Positions 1 to 10,300 of a stretch of 64,000 nt of DNA are shown in pieces. A program made the position numbers and the translations under genes. The stretch's first letter is position 1. Every line of letters begins with the position of its first letter. This stretch comes from a candidate division WOR-1 bacterium RIFCSPHIGHO2_01_FULL_53_15 (GTDB lineage: Bacteria; Margulisbacteria; WOR-1; O2-12-FULL-45-9; XYB2-FULL-48-7), in NCBI GenBank assembly GCA_001772335.1, contig METM01000021.1, positions 57,130-121,129 on the forward strand. Direction: 5' to 3'. The notes under the pieces are model-generated. The model was given only the letters and a program-made list of their open reading frames with translations. It had not been told where the DNA came from and did no database searches.

Positions 1-1
1 C

Positions 2-592
2 TTTGTCGAGATCTCCGACCGCTACACGACCGGCTCGTCCATCATGCCGCAGAAAAAGAACCCCGATATCGCCGAACTCTGCCGGGGCAAAACGGGCCGG
101 GTCTTCGGCAACCTGACGCGCCTGCTGACCATCTTAAAGGGCCTGCCGCTCGCCTATAACCGCGACCTGCAGGAAGATAAGGAAGCGCTCTTTGATACCG
201 TCGACACGGTCAAGAGCGTCCTCGCCATCTATTCGGAAATGCTGGCCGCGACAAAGTTCAACGCCGAGGTGATGACGGCGGCCGCCCGCAAGGGATATCT
301 CACCGCCACCGACGTGGCCTATTATCTCGTCGGGCGCGGCATCCCTTTTCGCGAGGCCCACGCGATCGTCGGCAAAATCGTGGCCTACTGCGAAGAATCG
401 AACATGCAGATCGAGTATCTCTCGCTCAACCAGTTAAAACAGTTCTCCGACGTCTTCACTTATGACGTGACGCGGGTGCTCTCCGCCGAGAGCTCTATCG
501 CGAACCGCGACATTCCCGGCGGGACGGCGGCCAGCCGGGTGAAAGAGGCGATCAAGCGTGCGAGAAAAGACCTGCTTCATGATAAAGCCTGA
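2..592 (+). CDS. argH: argininosuccinate lyase, C-terminal part (5' end lies outside the window)
   Basis: The frame is open from base 2. The translation FVEISDRYTTGSSIMPQKKNPD carries the fumarate-lyase signature GSSxMPxKxN. The downstream LPLAYNRDLQEDKE and the C-terminal helical region are typical of ArgH. Confidence 0.9.
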   Translation, partial: FVEISDRYTTGSSIMPQKKNPDIAELCRGKTGRVFGNLTRLLTILKGLPLAYNRDLQEDKEALFDTVDTVKSVLAIYSEMLAATKFNAEVMTAAARKGYLTATDVAYYLVGRGIPFREAHAIVGKIVAYCEESNMQIEYLSLNQLKQFSDVFTYDVTRVLSAESSIANRDIPGGTAASRVKEAIKRARKDLLHDKA

Positions 593-980
593 CGGAGTAG
601 CCCGCGGGTTAGAGAATGAGATATTTAAAAGAGTTGAAAACGCCGGCCTCAATGTCGAAGTCAGGCAAAAGATGAGTTTGACCGCCGAACAGGCGGCCGA
701 GCTCTACAAACCGCATCTGGACAAGCCGTTCTATCCCGGCTTGATCAAATTCATCACTTCCGGCGCGGTTGTCGCCTGCGTTGTTTCCGGCGAAAGCGCG
801 ATCGGCCGCCTGCGCGCCCTCATGGGGGCGACCGATCCGATGAAGGCCGAAGCCGGAACGATCAGGGGCGACCTGCGCGAAGAAATTGTCCTGAGCGAAT
901 ACGGCACGATCAAGAACCTTGTCCACGGCTCCGACTCGCCGGAGTCGGCCGAGCGCGAGATCGCCATCTTTTTTAAATGA
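558..980 (+). CDS. ndk: nucleoside-diphosphate kinase
   Basis: 140 aa with a GTG start. Contains FMIKPDGV, GATDP..A..GTIRGD and the active-site NLVHGSDS motif. Overlaps the argH 3' end by 35 nt. Confidence 0.9.
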   Translation: MREKTCFMIKPDGVARGLENEIFKRVENAGLNVEVRQKMSLTAEQAAELYKPHLDKPFYPGLIKFITSGAVVACVVSGESAIGRLRALMGATDPMKAEAGTIRGDLREEIVLSEYGTIKNLVHGSDSPESAEREIAIFFK

Positions 981-1708
981 AGCGGTTGCGGGTCGGTTTG
1001 TTAGTTAGTTTGTTGGTTGGTTTGTTGGTTGGCGGGGCGGCGGCGCAAAAATTTGAGCTGGTCGAGCCCAAAGACGCGCTCTCCGATTACGCCAATGTCG
1101 TGACGCCGGCCGCGGCGGAGAAAGTGAAAACCCTCTCCGATGACCTGCGCCGGATCACCTCGGTCAATTTTAAGGTCCTCGTCATCCGCCAGCTTGAGGG
1201 TGGGATCGAGGCTAAAACCTATGCCGAGCAGATCTACAAGCGCTGGGATGTCGGCCGCTCCGAAGGGGGCCTTGAGCACGGCGTCCTTTTGTTCATATCG
1301 GTGCTGGACCGCCGGGTCAAACTTGTCGTCGGCCGCCAGGTTTTATACGTCCTGCCGGCCAAGGCGCAGGAAGAGATCGAGTGGAGCGTCCTGGCCGAAT
1401 TGTCGAGGGGGAGATTTTCACAGGGGGTCGAGATCGGCTCGGCGGCGGTCGCCGACACCGTGCTGGCCGGCTGGGAAACCTACCGGCGGCCGGGGAGAGG
1501 GCGGCTTGATTGGCAGAAGATATCTGTCCCCGTCTTCAGCCTGTTCCTTGTTTCGGCGCTCCTGCCGATCGTTTTTGGCGGTTCGTTCATCATGGGCTTC
1601 AGCATCTTTATCGGCGGGCTCTTCGGCCTCGTCCTGCTTGATTATATTGGCATGGTGCTGGCCGCGGCGTTCGGATTCTTCCTAAATTGGAGGAGGGAAG
1701 GGAAATGA
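977..1708 (+). CDS. TPM-domain (YgcG-like) membrane protein
   Basis: N-terminal signal/TM segment (VGLLVSLLVGLLVGGAAA), a TPM-type core (GVLLFISVLDRRVKLVVG) and C-terminal hydrophobic segments. The start overlaps the ndk stop (ATGA). Confidence 0.7.
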   Translation: MKRLRVGLLVSLLVGLLVGGAAAQKFELVEPKDALSDYANVVTPAAAEKVKTLSDDLRRITSVNFKVLVIRQLEGGIEAKTYAEQIYKRWDVGRSEGGLEHGVLLFISVLDRRVKLVVGRQVLYVLPAKAQEEIEWSVLAELSRGRFSQGVEIGSAAVADTVLAGWETYRRPGRGRLDWQKISVPVFSLFLVSALLPIVFGGSFIMGFSIFIGGLFGLVLLDYIGMVLAAAFGFFLNWRREGK

Positions 1709-2568
1709 AAGTCGGTTTGTTGGTTTGTTGGTTAGTTGGTTTGTCGGTTTGTTGGTTTGTTGGTACGGCGGTGGCGGCGGAGCCAAAGTTCCCCGCTTAT
1801 TCGGGCTTTGTTAACGACTATGCTGGAATTCTTGACGGAACGACTAAAGACAAGCTTGAAGCGCTCTGCAAAGAGCTTGAAGCCAAAACCTCGGCCGAGT
1901 TGGCGGTAGCGATCGTGAAAAGTGTCGAGCCGCTTGATCCCAAAACCTACGCCGTCAAACTTTTTGAAAAATGGAAGATCGGGAAAAAGGGAAAAGACAA
2001 CGGTCTCCTGATCCTCCTGGCCATGGATGAGCGGCGGGTTGAGATCGAGGTCGGCTACGGCCTCGAGGGTGTCATCAACGACGCGAAAGCCGGCGAAATT
2101 TTGGATAAATTTGTCGTGCCGTTCTTCAAAGAAGGAAAGTTTGGCGACGGGCTTTACAATGGCGCCGCGGCTGTTGCTGCCGAGATCGCGCAGTCGGCGG
2201 GGCAGGAGATGGGCGAGGGTTTTAAGCCGGTTTATTCCGAAGAAGGATCGCCCTGGCTGATCGGTTTTGCTTCGGTCGCGCTCATTGTCTTCATCTGGCT
2301 GATCGTCTATGCCTCCGGTTTTGTCCCCGGCTTATTCGGCGCATTTTTCGGCGCGCTGGTCGGTCTGGCGTTCGCCGGCATCATCGGCGCCGTCCTTGGC
2401 GCGATCGCCGGTTTTGTGTTATCATATTTCAAATTGCCGGGCGGCTTTAGCGGCGCCGGCGGCAGTTGGGGCAGAGGAAGTTTTGGCGGTGGTTTCGGCG
2501 GCGGCGGCGGGGGCGGCGGGTTTGGCGGCGGGAGCAGCGGCGGCGGGGGATCCGGGCGAAGTTGGTAA
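1705..2568 (+). CDS. TPM-domain (YgcG-like) membrane protein with Gly-rich tail
   Basis: ATG 1705 follows GGAGG and overlaps the upstream stop (ATGA). Contains the TPM core NGLLILLAMDERRVEIEVGYGLEG, TM helices and a tail GGGFGGGGGGGGFGGGSSGGGGSG. The TTG at 1687 listed in the ORF track seems less likely. Confidence 0.75.
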   Translation: MKVGLLVCWLVGLSVCWFVGTAVAAEPKFPAYSGFVNDYAGILDGTTKDKLEALCKELEAKTSAELAVAIVKSVEPLDPKTYAVKLFEKWKIGKKGKDNGLLILLAMDERRVEIEVGYGLEGVINDAKAGEILDKFVVPFFKEGKFGDGLYNGAAAVAAEIAQSAGQEMGEGFKPVYSEEGSPWLIGFASVALIVFIWLIVYASGFVPGLFGAFFGALVGLAFAGIIGAVLGAIAGFVLSYFKLPGGFSGAGGSWGRGSFGGGFGGGGGGGGFGGGSSGGGGSGRSW

Positions 2569-2584
2569 AGAAGGAGGGCTTCAT

Positions 2585-3142
2585 ATGTGGCGATGGTTGG
2601 TCGGAATTTTAGTTGTTGTCTTATTGATCGGTTTCTGGACGGTGGGAATTTACAACGGGCTCGTTGGGAAAGACCAGAATGTGAAGCAGAATTGGGCGCA
2701 GATCGAAAATCAACTGCAGAGACGGTATGACCTGATTCCTAACCTGGTCGAAACGGTCAAGGGTTACGCCAAACACGAGAAGGAGTTGTTCGAGAACGTG
2801 GCCGCGGCTCGCTCAGCCTGGGCGGGGGCGAAAACAACCGGCCAAAGAGTCGCCGCCGCCAACCAGATCGAGGGTTTCCTCGGCCGGCTGATCGCGGTGG
2901 CCGAGAACTATCCTGTTTTGCGGGCGTCGGAAAATTTCCGCGGCCTGCAGGACGAGCTGGCGGGGACCGAGAACCGCGTGGCCGTCGCGCGCATGCGCTA
3001 TAACGACGCGGTCCAGGCCTACAACACGACAGCCAAGACCATCCCCACGGTCTTCTTTGTCAATCTCTTCGGTTTTGACAGAGACAAGGCATTCTTTGAA
3101 TCGGCCAAAGAGGCCAAAGAGGCGCCCAAGGTTAAATTCTAG
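2585..3142 (+). CDS. lemA: LemA family protein
   Basis: ATG 2585 follows AAGGAGG. One N-terminal TM segment is followed by NWAQIENQLQRRYDLIPNLVETVKGYAKHE and RMRYNDAVQAYN, both typical of LemA. The ORF-track start at 2309 lies inside the upstream gene in another frame. Confidence 0.85.
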   Translation: MWRWLVGILVVVLLIGFWTVGIYNGLVGKDQNVKQNWAQIENQLQRRYDLIPNLVETVKGYAKHEKELFENVAAARSAWAGAKTTGQRVAAANQIEGFLGRLIAVAENYPVLRASENFRGLQDELAGTENRVAVARMRYNDAVQAYNTTAKTIPTVFFVNLFGFDRDKAFFESAKEAKEAPKVKF

Positions 3143-3167
3143 CCTCACCCGCTGACGCAAACCGTCC

Positions 3168-3194
3168 CCCCTCTCCATCTTCGATGGAGAGGGG
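3168..3194 (+). promoter_or_regulatory. perfect 12-bp stem hairpin containing the pepA Shine-Dalgarno
   Basis: cccctctccatc / ttc / gatggagagggg. The right arm (GGAGAGGGG) is the only SD-like sequence before ATG 3200. No T-run follows, so it is not a canonical terminator. Confidence 0.35.
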
Positions 3195-3199
3195 AAAAA

Positions 3200-4699
3200 A
3201 TGATGGGAGTCGAGATGAAAATAAGAGTTGAACACAAATCTTTAGTTGATTTTAAATGCGATCTTTTGGCCGTTAATGTTTTTGAGGGCGAAAAGAAATT
3301 AGACGGCGCGGCGGCGGCCGCAGATAGGGCGCTGGGCGGCCTCGTTTCGCGCCTCGTCCGTTCGGGCGAGATCACCGGCAAGTTAGGTGAAACGACGCTT
3401 TTTCATTTGGGCGCCGGGCGGGCGAAAAAGGTCGTTATTGTTGGCCTCGGCAAAAGAGATAAATTTGATCTTGAAGCGGTCAGAACGGCTGCCTCCGCGG
3501 TCATCAAGAAAGCCCGTGAAGTCAGGGCAAAGATCGTTGCTTCGATCGTCCACGGCGCCTCTTGCGGCTGTCTTGACCAGCGCGATTCGGCCAAAGCCCT
3601 GGTCGAGGGTTCGGTCCTCGGCGTCTATAAATTTCCCGGTTACGCCAAAGAGAAAGAGACCCCTGATTTTCAGATCAGGGAACTTGTCCTCATCGATAGC
3701 GACGCGAAAAAGATCAAGCCGTTTTCCGCCGGCGCCAAACTCGGCCTCATCATTGCCGAAGCCGAGAATCACGCCCGCGACCTCGTTAACGAACCGTCGA
3801 ATAAGATGACGCCGACGGCTTTTGCTAAACTTGCACAGCATATCGCAAAGATCAACGGACTCAAATTCGTCTCGCTTGATCCGAAGAGAGAGGGGATGGA
3901 GGCGCTCTGGGCGGTGGCAAAGGGCTCGAGTGAGCCGCCGCGCCTGGTCGCCCTCGAATACCGGGGCAACCCGCGCTCAAAAGAAAAGATCGCTCTCATC
4001 GGCAAGGGGATCACGTTCGATTCGGGCGGCATCTCGCTCAAGTCGCCAAAGAGGATGGATGAGATGAAATCCGACATGGCGGGGGCGGCGGCGGTGCTGG
4101 GGACGATGAGTTTGCTGGCTGACCTTAAACCGAAAAAGAATGTCATCGGCGTCATTCCGTTAACGGAAAATATGCCCTCCGGCCACGCGACCAAGCCGGG
4201 CGATGTCGTGGGGTCGCTCTCCGGCTACACGATCGAGGTGACCAATACCGACGCGGAAGGCCGCATGATCCTGGCCGATGCCATTACTTACGCCAAGAAA
4301 CGCGGCGCGACGAAACTGATCGATGTGGCGACGCTGACCGGCGGCTGTATCACGGCGTTGGGGGATGCGGCGACGGGGATCATGGGCAACGATCAGGCGC
4401 TCCTCGACAGGATAATTGAGGTCGGCAACCGCTGCGGCCAGCGACTGTGGCAGCTGCCGATCTACGACGAGTATAAGAACGCGCTCAAGAGCGCCATTGC
4501 CGATATCAAGAACACTTCCGGCACCGGCAAGGCCTCGCCCTCAAGCGGCGCCTCGTTCCTGGCGAAATTTGTGGGCGAAACTCCCTGGGCGCACCTTGAT
4601 ATTGCCGGGACGGCGTTCCTCGACAAGGCGAGGGGTTATTTGCCCGAAGGCGCGACGGGGGTGCCGGTGCGCACGCTGATCGAGTTTCTTGTTTCCTGA
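3200..4699 (+). CDS. pepA: leucyl aminopeptidase (peptidase M17)
   Basis: 499 aa. Contains GKGITFDSGGISLK and the M17 signature NTDAEGRMILADAITYA. The start could also be ATG 3215. Confidence 0.9.
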   Translation: MMGVEMKIRVEHKSLVDFKCDLLAVNVFEGEKKLDGAAAAADRALGGLVSRLVRSGEITGKLGETTLFHLGAGRAKKVVIVGLGKRDKFDLEAVRTAASAVIKKAREVRAKIVASIVHGASCGCLDQRDSAKALVEGSVLGVYKFPGYAKEKETPDFQIRELVLIDSDAKKIKPFSAGAKLGLIIAEAENHARDLVNEPSNKMTPTAFAKLAQHIAKINGLKFVSLDPKREGMEALWAVAKGSSEPPRLVALEYRGNPRSKEKIALIGKGITFDSGGISLKSPKRMDEMKSDMAGAAAVLGTMSLLADLKPKKNVIGVIPLTENMPSGHATKPGDVVGSLSGYTIEVTNTDAEGRMILADAITYAKKRGATKLIDVATLTGGCITALGDAATGIMGNDQALLDRIIEVGNRCGQRLWQLPIYDEYKNALKSAIADIKNTSGTGKASPSSGASFLAKFVGETPWAHLDIAGTAFLDKARGYLPEGATGVPVRTLIEFLVS

Positions 4700-5817
4700 T
4701 GCGTAAAGTATTTCTATTTTCTATTTTTTGCTTTCTACTCTCTACTTTCTGTTTTGCCGAAGCCTCCATTAAATTCGAAGAACAATTCCGCATCAAGGTC
4801 TGGAACGAGGCGGGCGGGACAATAGAAGTCAGCGCCGACAAGGGAAAGAATTGGGAAACGGTCGGACATGTTGTCTATCCGACGGCGAGGGTGAATCCCG
4901 AGGGCTACACGGCTTCGCGCTGGGTGGCGGACGGCACGGTGGCGGCGACGGCGGTCAACGCGATCCATCTCAAAGTCACGACCGAAGCGACGACCGGCGG
5001 CGGCGTCATTTTTAGTTTACTGCCGAAGGAGTTTATCCAGCCGCCGAAGTTTTACAGGTCTTATTTGAGTCCCGACTCGTCGATCTACACCGATATCCCG
5101 GCGGGGACGAGCATCTTCGGTGACGGCTACTCTCCATATGTCGGCAATCCGGTCCTGCTCTCGCGCGGCGCCTACAAGCTCGTGCCGATGAGCGGCTACG
5201 CCCCGGCGGTCGGCGACAGGATCTATATCATTGTCGAAAAACCGCTCGATTATCCCAGGGAGATCGTCTTTGAGAACGCGGTCGGCGGCGATGTCACGAT
5301 AACTTATTTTTCCGGGATCGATAAAGTGATCGGGAAGGTCCTGCGGCCGGTCATCGGCGTCGGGCGCTTCGAAGGGACAAAGTACGCATCTGTGGGCCGT
5401 ATCCGTGCCGATCATGCCGGTGTCATCGATGTATCGACTTCGCGGCTGAGGCGGATCGGCGGCTTCCAGATCGTTCCATCAAAGCACGGCGCCGGCATGA
5501 AATATGTCCAAACCGCGACGCAGTGGCTGGTGGTTGGCCCGGTCGATGAGACAGCCGCGCTCGAAGGCCAGCCGCCGCTCTTTAAGTATTTCATCAAGCC
5601 GGTTTTTGGTGAAAATGACGCTTTAAGCGAAGAGTGGCGCGCCAAACTGCTGGACCGTTTCCTGGTCGAAGTCAAGCTTGACGGGCAGGAAAAATGGCAG
5701 ACGATGCCGGTCTTTGAATTTAACGAATTCGATCTCTCCGGCCGGGTGCCGGCCTGGGCCGACTCGGCGCTCGCCGACGTCGCCGCGCTCAGGATCTTGT
5801 TCCCGATCAAAGAATGA
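4699..5817 (+). CDS. hypothetical secreted protein
   Basis: 372 aa with a clear signal peptide (MRKVFLFSIFCFLLSTFCFAEA). I recognised no motif. The start overlaps the pepA stop (TGATG). Its last ~19 codons are duplicated as a relic at 11401-11457. Confidence 0.5.
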   Translation: MRKVFLFSIFCFLLSTFCFAEASIKFEEQFRIKVWNEAGGTIEVSADKGKNWETVGHVVYPTARVNPEGYTASRWVADGTVAATAVNAIHLKVTTEATTGGGVIFSLLPKEFIQPPKFYRSYLSPDSSIYTDIPAGTSIFGDGYSPYVGNPVLLSRGAYKLVPMSGYAPAVGDRIYIIVEKPLDYPREIVFENAVGGDVTITYFSGIDKVIGKVLRPVIGVGRFEGTKYASVGRIRADHAGVIDVSTSRLRRIGGFQIVPSKHGAGMKYVQTATQWLVVGPVDETAALEGQPPLFKYFIKPVFGENDALSEEWRAKLLDRFLVEVKLDGQEKWQTMPVFEFNEFDLSGRVPAWADSALADVAALRILFPIKE

Positions 5818-5978
5818 TCCGAAGCTTATGAGCCAGAAAACCCCGGACGCCCCGCGGAAAAGATCGCGCTCTTCCACTCACTCAAAAATGTACCTGGACA
5901 ACTGCTCTTTGGCGAATCTTGTCCGATACAGGATATCCGCCAGTTCGGCCCGGGTCAAACTGGCGTTGGGGAGGAAAG
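5761..5978. repeat. segment pair T (5761-5870) + S (5878-5978); a permuted copy lies at 11303-11510
   Basis: T aligns without gaps to 11401-11510 (about 82% identity, offset 5640). S aligns without gaps to 11303-11403 (about 78% identity, offset 5425). T covers the tail of the 4699 gene plus a relic of the AbiEi tail. S is the tail of the SLH outer-membrane gene. Confidence 0.85.
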
Positions 5979-7386
5979 CGTTGCCGCGGACAAATTCAAG
6001 GATGGCTTCCTTGCGCGCGGCCAGAACCGTCCGCAGTGACCAATGCCGCGTGGGGAGATCGCTGTACGGCGACTTTGACAAATCGCCCGCTTCACCGGTT
6101 GAGATGCCGGTAAAGCGGGCGAGGAAGGCGACCCCTTCGGCGCGGGTGGTGGAATTTCGCGGCTTGAAAGTGCCGTCCGGATAGCCGAGCGTTAATTTCT
6201 GTTCGGAGGCAATCTGGACATAATCGGCCGCCCAGAAGTTGAGCGGGACGTCGGAAAAAACCGCCCTCTTCTCAATTGGCGAGGGAAAAGCTTTCCCTCT
6301 GACCAAAAGCATAATGATTTCGGCGCGGCTGATCGGCCGGTCAGGGCGGAAAGTGCCGTCAGGGTAATAGCTAAGCTGGCCGGCAGTCGTTAACTGCTCG
6401 ATTTGTTTGCTGGCCCAGTGGCCGGCCGGCACATCGGGAAATTTCAACAGTTTAACTTTCTGGATGGCGACCGCTTCATAAGTCGCCCGGCGGGAAGGAC
6501 GGGGAGAAGCGTAGCCGAGGGAAAAGTAGTGAGAGATATTGGCAAAGGCGTTTCCCGGGCGGACGAGGGCGTAGTCGAAAGTGACGCCGGCGACATTGAG
6601 GCCGATCCCGCCGGAGAGGTCAGTGTAAGTTTCGCTGGCGCTTTTGACCGATTGTTTGGCGCCCAGGCGCAGGGCCAGGAATTCGACCGGCCACCATTCA
6701 AACCCGGCGTGAAGGAGGGATGGTTTACCGGCCAGCTTGCTGACATCAAGATTGAAGAGCGCTTCATTCCAGGGGAATTTAAAAGTGTTGCCAAGGAGAT
6801 AATTCCGTTTGATGGTTTGGGCGGTAGAGTCGGCGTACGCGATCTGACCGCCGAGGTCTTGTAGCGCCAAGCCGACACTCCACCAGCGATTGACCTGGTA
6901 GCGGGCGCCAAGGTCAAAAACGAACCCCTGACCTTTAGCGTTGGCGCCGCTTGATACATCAGGCGAAAAGCCTTCCGCCAGATACTTAAGATTGCCGCCG
7001 AGATCGAGTTGCGGCGTAATTTTTCGGGTGTAATTGACGATCCTCTGATGCTGGAGATGATCGGCGACCTCGGCGGAAATAATAACTCCGGATACGACAC
7101 TGGCATAATAACCGAAACCGACCGTACCGCCAAAATAGTCAGGCAGGATCAGGGCAAAAGAGGTGGAAGAGGCATTGGCGAGCGGCTGGGCATAGATACT
7201 GGTGAGCGAGAGCTTTGTCAGGCGGGCCAGACCGGCCGGGTTGATGAAAAGGGAAGCGGCATCTTCCCCCATACCGGCATAGGCGTCACCGAGGGCGAGG
7301 GGGCGGGCGCTGGTCAAGGTAAAGCCGTTAACAGATTGACAGAGGAGCGCCCCGAGCAGGGCGAAGAGAATAAGGTGGAATCTCAT
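5878..7386 (-). CDS. outer-membrane beta-barrel-like protein with three C-terminal SLH domains
   Basis: 502 aa with a signal peptide. The N-terminal LGDAYAGMGEDAASLFINPAGLARL motif resembles the PorV/PorQ/UPF0164 barrel families, followed by alternating-pattern strands. The C-terminus carries 3 SLH repeats (FPDVPAGHWASKQIEQL.., FSDVPLNFWAADYVQ.., YSDLPTRHWSLRTV..). Confidence 0.7.
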   Translation of the reverse strand: MRFHLILFALLGALLCQSVNGFTLTSARPLALGDAYAGMGEDAASLFINPAGLARLTKLSLTSIYAQPLANASSTSFALILPDYFGGTVGFGYYASVVSGVIISAEVADHLQHQRIVNYTRKITPQLDLGGNLKYLAEGFSPDVSSGANAKGQGFVFDLGARYQVNRWWSVGLALQDLGGQIAYADSTAQTIKRNYLLGNTFKFPWNEALFNLDVSKLAGKPSLLHAGFEWWPVEFLALRLGAKQSVKSASETYTDLSGGIGLNVAGVTFDYALVRPGNAFANISHYFSLGYASPRPSRRATYEAVAIQKVKLLKFPDVPAGHWASKQIEQLTTAGQLSYYPDGTFRPDRPISRAEIIMLLVRGKAFPSPIEKRAVFSDVPLNFWAADYVQIASEQKLTLGYPDGTFKPRNSTTRAEGVAFLARFTGISTGEAGDLSKSPYSDLPTRHWSLRTVLAARKEAILEFVRGNAFLPNASLTRAELADILYRTRFAKEQLSRYIFE

Positions 7387-10300
7387 CTCTCTTTGTATAT
7401 GCCCTGGACTTTTCGGGAGACCTCCGCCCCTTTATCGTTAACAAAAACCGATTCGAGGATATAGACCTTTTTTGCTTCAAGCTCTCTGCCGCTCGAGTCA
7501 GTCAGGGCCAGGGAATAGACGTTCCCGCCGGCGCTGGCCGGATATTCAGCAGTCATGAGCGACCTCGTCCCTTCCCGTTCATAGACAACCAGAATGATTT
7601 TCCCTGCAATTGGCGCTTCAAAATTGAGGTTGATCACCGCCGGGGCGCCCGGAGTCGTGGAGTAAGTGATGGTCGGAGGAGCGGCGGTAAAAGTTTCCGG
7701 CAGAGTAGTGGTGGTGGTGGTGGTCGTCGTCGTCGTCGTCGTCGTAGTAGTAGTAGTAGTAGGCACAATGGTGGCAATCTCGAACGTGAAGGAAGCGCTG
7801 TAACTCCCCCAGTTCCCCGCTTCATCTCTAGCTCTCACTTCCCAGGTGTGTATCCCTTCGGCCAAAATCCCGGTTGTGTAGCTGGTCGCGGCCCCCAGAG
7901 TCGCGGCGGTTATTCCGTCGATCCTTATTTCATAACTCGCCACATTCGTCAGATTATCTGTTGCCGCTTCCCAGGTCAGCTCCGGCGTGGAGTTGCTGGT
8001 CAAACTGCCGTTGGCAGGAGAGACTAAATTCGGGGCTGCTGGCCCGCCAGTATCCAATATGATTGACCCTTCAACCGTCGCTGATTCATTCAAGCCGGCG
8101 TCCCTTAATTTGTAATAGACCTCTTTCGTTCCATCCCCGCCGCTCAACTCAAATGTTGTCGGATTCTGATAACTTAGCCAGCTCGCTCCGGTAAAACTTG
8201 AACTTTCAGAAATCAGCATTTGAGATGGGTTGCCGGAGATCGCGGCCGCTTCAAGGGAAACAAGCCGGTCATCGCTATAACTGCCGCCGCTTGTCGCGTC
8301 TCTTAGACTAACCCCTGTCACGTTTGGCCCCACTGTGTCAACTTCAAAAGTAAAAGAGCCGCTGTAACTCCCCCAGTTCCCCGCTTCATCTCTAGCTCTC
8401 ACTTCCCAGGTGCGTATCCCTTCGGCCAATATTCCGGTTGGGTAGCTGGTCGCGGCCCCCAGAGTCGCGGCGGTTGTTCCGTCGATCCTTATCTCATAAC
8501 TCGCCACATTCGTCAGATTATCTGTTGCCGCTTCCCAGGTCAGCTCCGGCGTGGCATCGGCGATCAACGAGGCATTGCCTGGCGTTATCAGATTCGGCGC
8601 AGAAGGGCCGGTTGAATCGATTGTAAATTTAACATTGCTTTCATCCGTCCCCGGATTATTATTGATTGAATTGTCCAGAACGGTCACTTGAACTCTGGCT
8701 TCTGTGGTGTTAAGCGGCGGCAGTGTCCAGCTGTAGGGCGAGTTGACCGCGGTCTCCTGGGTCACTATCTCCGTGTAACTCCCGCCGTCATTTACTGAAT
8801 ACTTAATGAGCAGCGAATTGGCTTTGATCCCGCTTTCGTCGGCAGCCGAAAAGGCGACGTTCCGCGCCGCCCCTCCCGGCCACTTCTCCCCGCCGTTGGG
8901 CGTTTCGACCGTTACCGCCGGCGCTGTCACATCCGCCGTTGTCACCGAGGCATTAAGAGCAAATTCCGAGGTGTCCCCAGGACTGCTGTATTTGGTCGCC
9001 GTTGCGGTCGCCTTGTCCCCTGTGGTTAATCCGCTGACCGTGATCGTCCAGCTGCCGGAAGCCGCCGAAGCGGTTCCCAGATAATCTTTCCCTTCTCCCT
9101 GATTATCGCTGTCTACCGGCGACTCGCTCTTAAAGACCTCGATCGATACGACCCCGCTGGCTTCACACGTCCCCTGGATTACCGTCTGACCGGTCAAAGA
9201 ATTGTATTGAGCTGAAGTGACGGAGGGGTAGATCAAGCTTGAGTTGCCGCCGTTGATCAGCTTAATTCCTTTGCCGCTGTTGCCGTAGCTTGAGTTCCGG
9301 GTGACCCGGTTATACAGGGTGCCGCTCCAATCCACCCGCACCCCGTCGCTGTCATTGCCGGCGATGATATTATTCGGCCCGACGAAGTTGGATCGCGACC
9401 CTAAATAAATATAAACGCCGTAAAGCGTATTGCCCAGATCGGCCGTGCCGTTGGCGTCGGTCCCGATATAATTTCCCGTCACTTCGTTGCTGTCGGTGTT
9501 TGTGCCGTAAATAAAAATACCGGAAGAATTGTTCCCGGAAATGATATTCCTTTCTCCGGCGGTCGCGCCGCCGATGAGATTGTATTTCCCGCCGGTGATG
9601 AGAACGCCATAAGCCGTATTGCCCAGATCGGCCGTGCCGTTGACATCGGTCCCGATATAATTTCCCGCCACTTCGTTGCTGTGGGTGTTTGCGCCGGAAA
9701 TAAAAATACCGGAAGAGTCATTCCCGGAAATGATATTTCTCTCTCCGGCGGTTGCGCCGCCGATGAGATTGTATTTTGCGCCGCTATAGATATAAACGCC
9801 GTGAAGCGTATTGCCCAGATCGGCCGTGCCGTTGGCGTCGGTCCCGATATAATTTCCCGCCACTTCGTTGCTGTTGGTGTTTGCGCTGGAAATAAAAATA
9901 CCGGAAGAGTTATTCCCGGAAATGATATTTCTCTCCCCGGCGGTCGCGCCGCCGATGAGATTGTATTTTGCGGCGCTATAGATATAAACGCCGTAAAGCG
10001 TATTGCCCAGATCGGCCGTGCCGTTGACATCGGTCCCGATATAATTTCCCGCCACCTCGTTGCTGTCGGTGTTTGTGCCGGAAATAAAAATACCGGAAGA
10101 GTCATTCCCGGAGATGATGTTCCTTTCTCCGGCGGTCGCGCCGCCGATGAGATTGTATTTTGCGGCGTTAGAAATATAAACGCCGTAAAGCGTATTGCCC
10201 AGATCGGCCGTGCCGTTGACATCGGTCCCGATATAATTTCCCGTCACTTCGTTGCTGTTTGTGTTGGAAATATAAATACCGGAAGAGTCATTCCCGGAAA

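Noticed and set aside
2309-2584. Long N-terminal extension of the LemA ORF as given in the ORF track.
   Set aside because: The extension overlaps the Gly-rich tail of the upstream TPM gene in another frame and is Ala/Gly/Ser-rich nonsense. A good SD plus ATG at 2585 gives a normal-length LemA with its TM helix.
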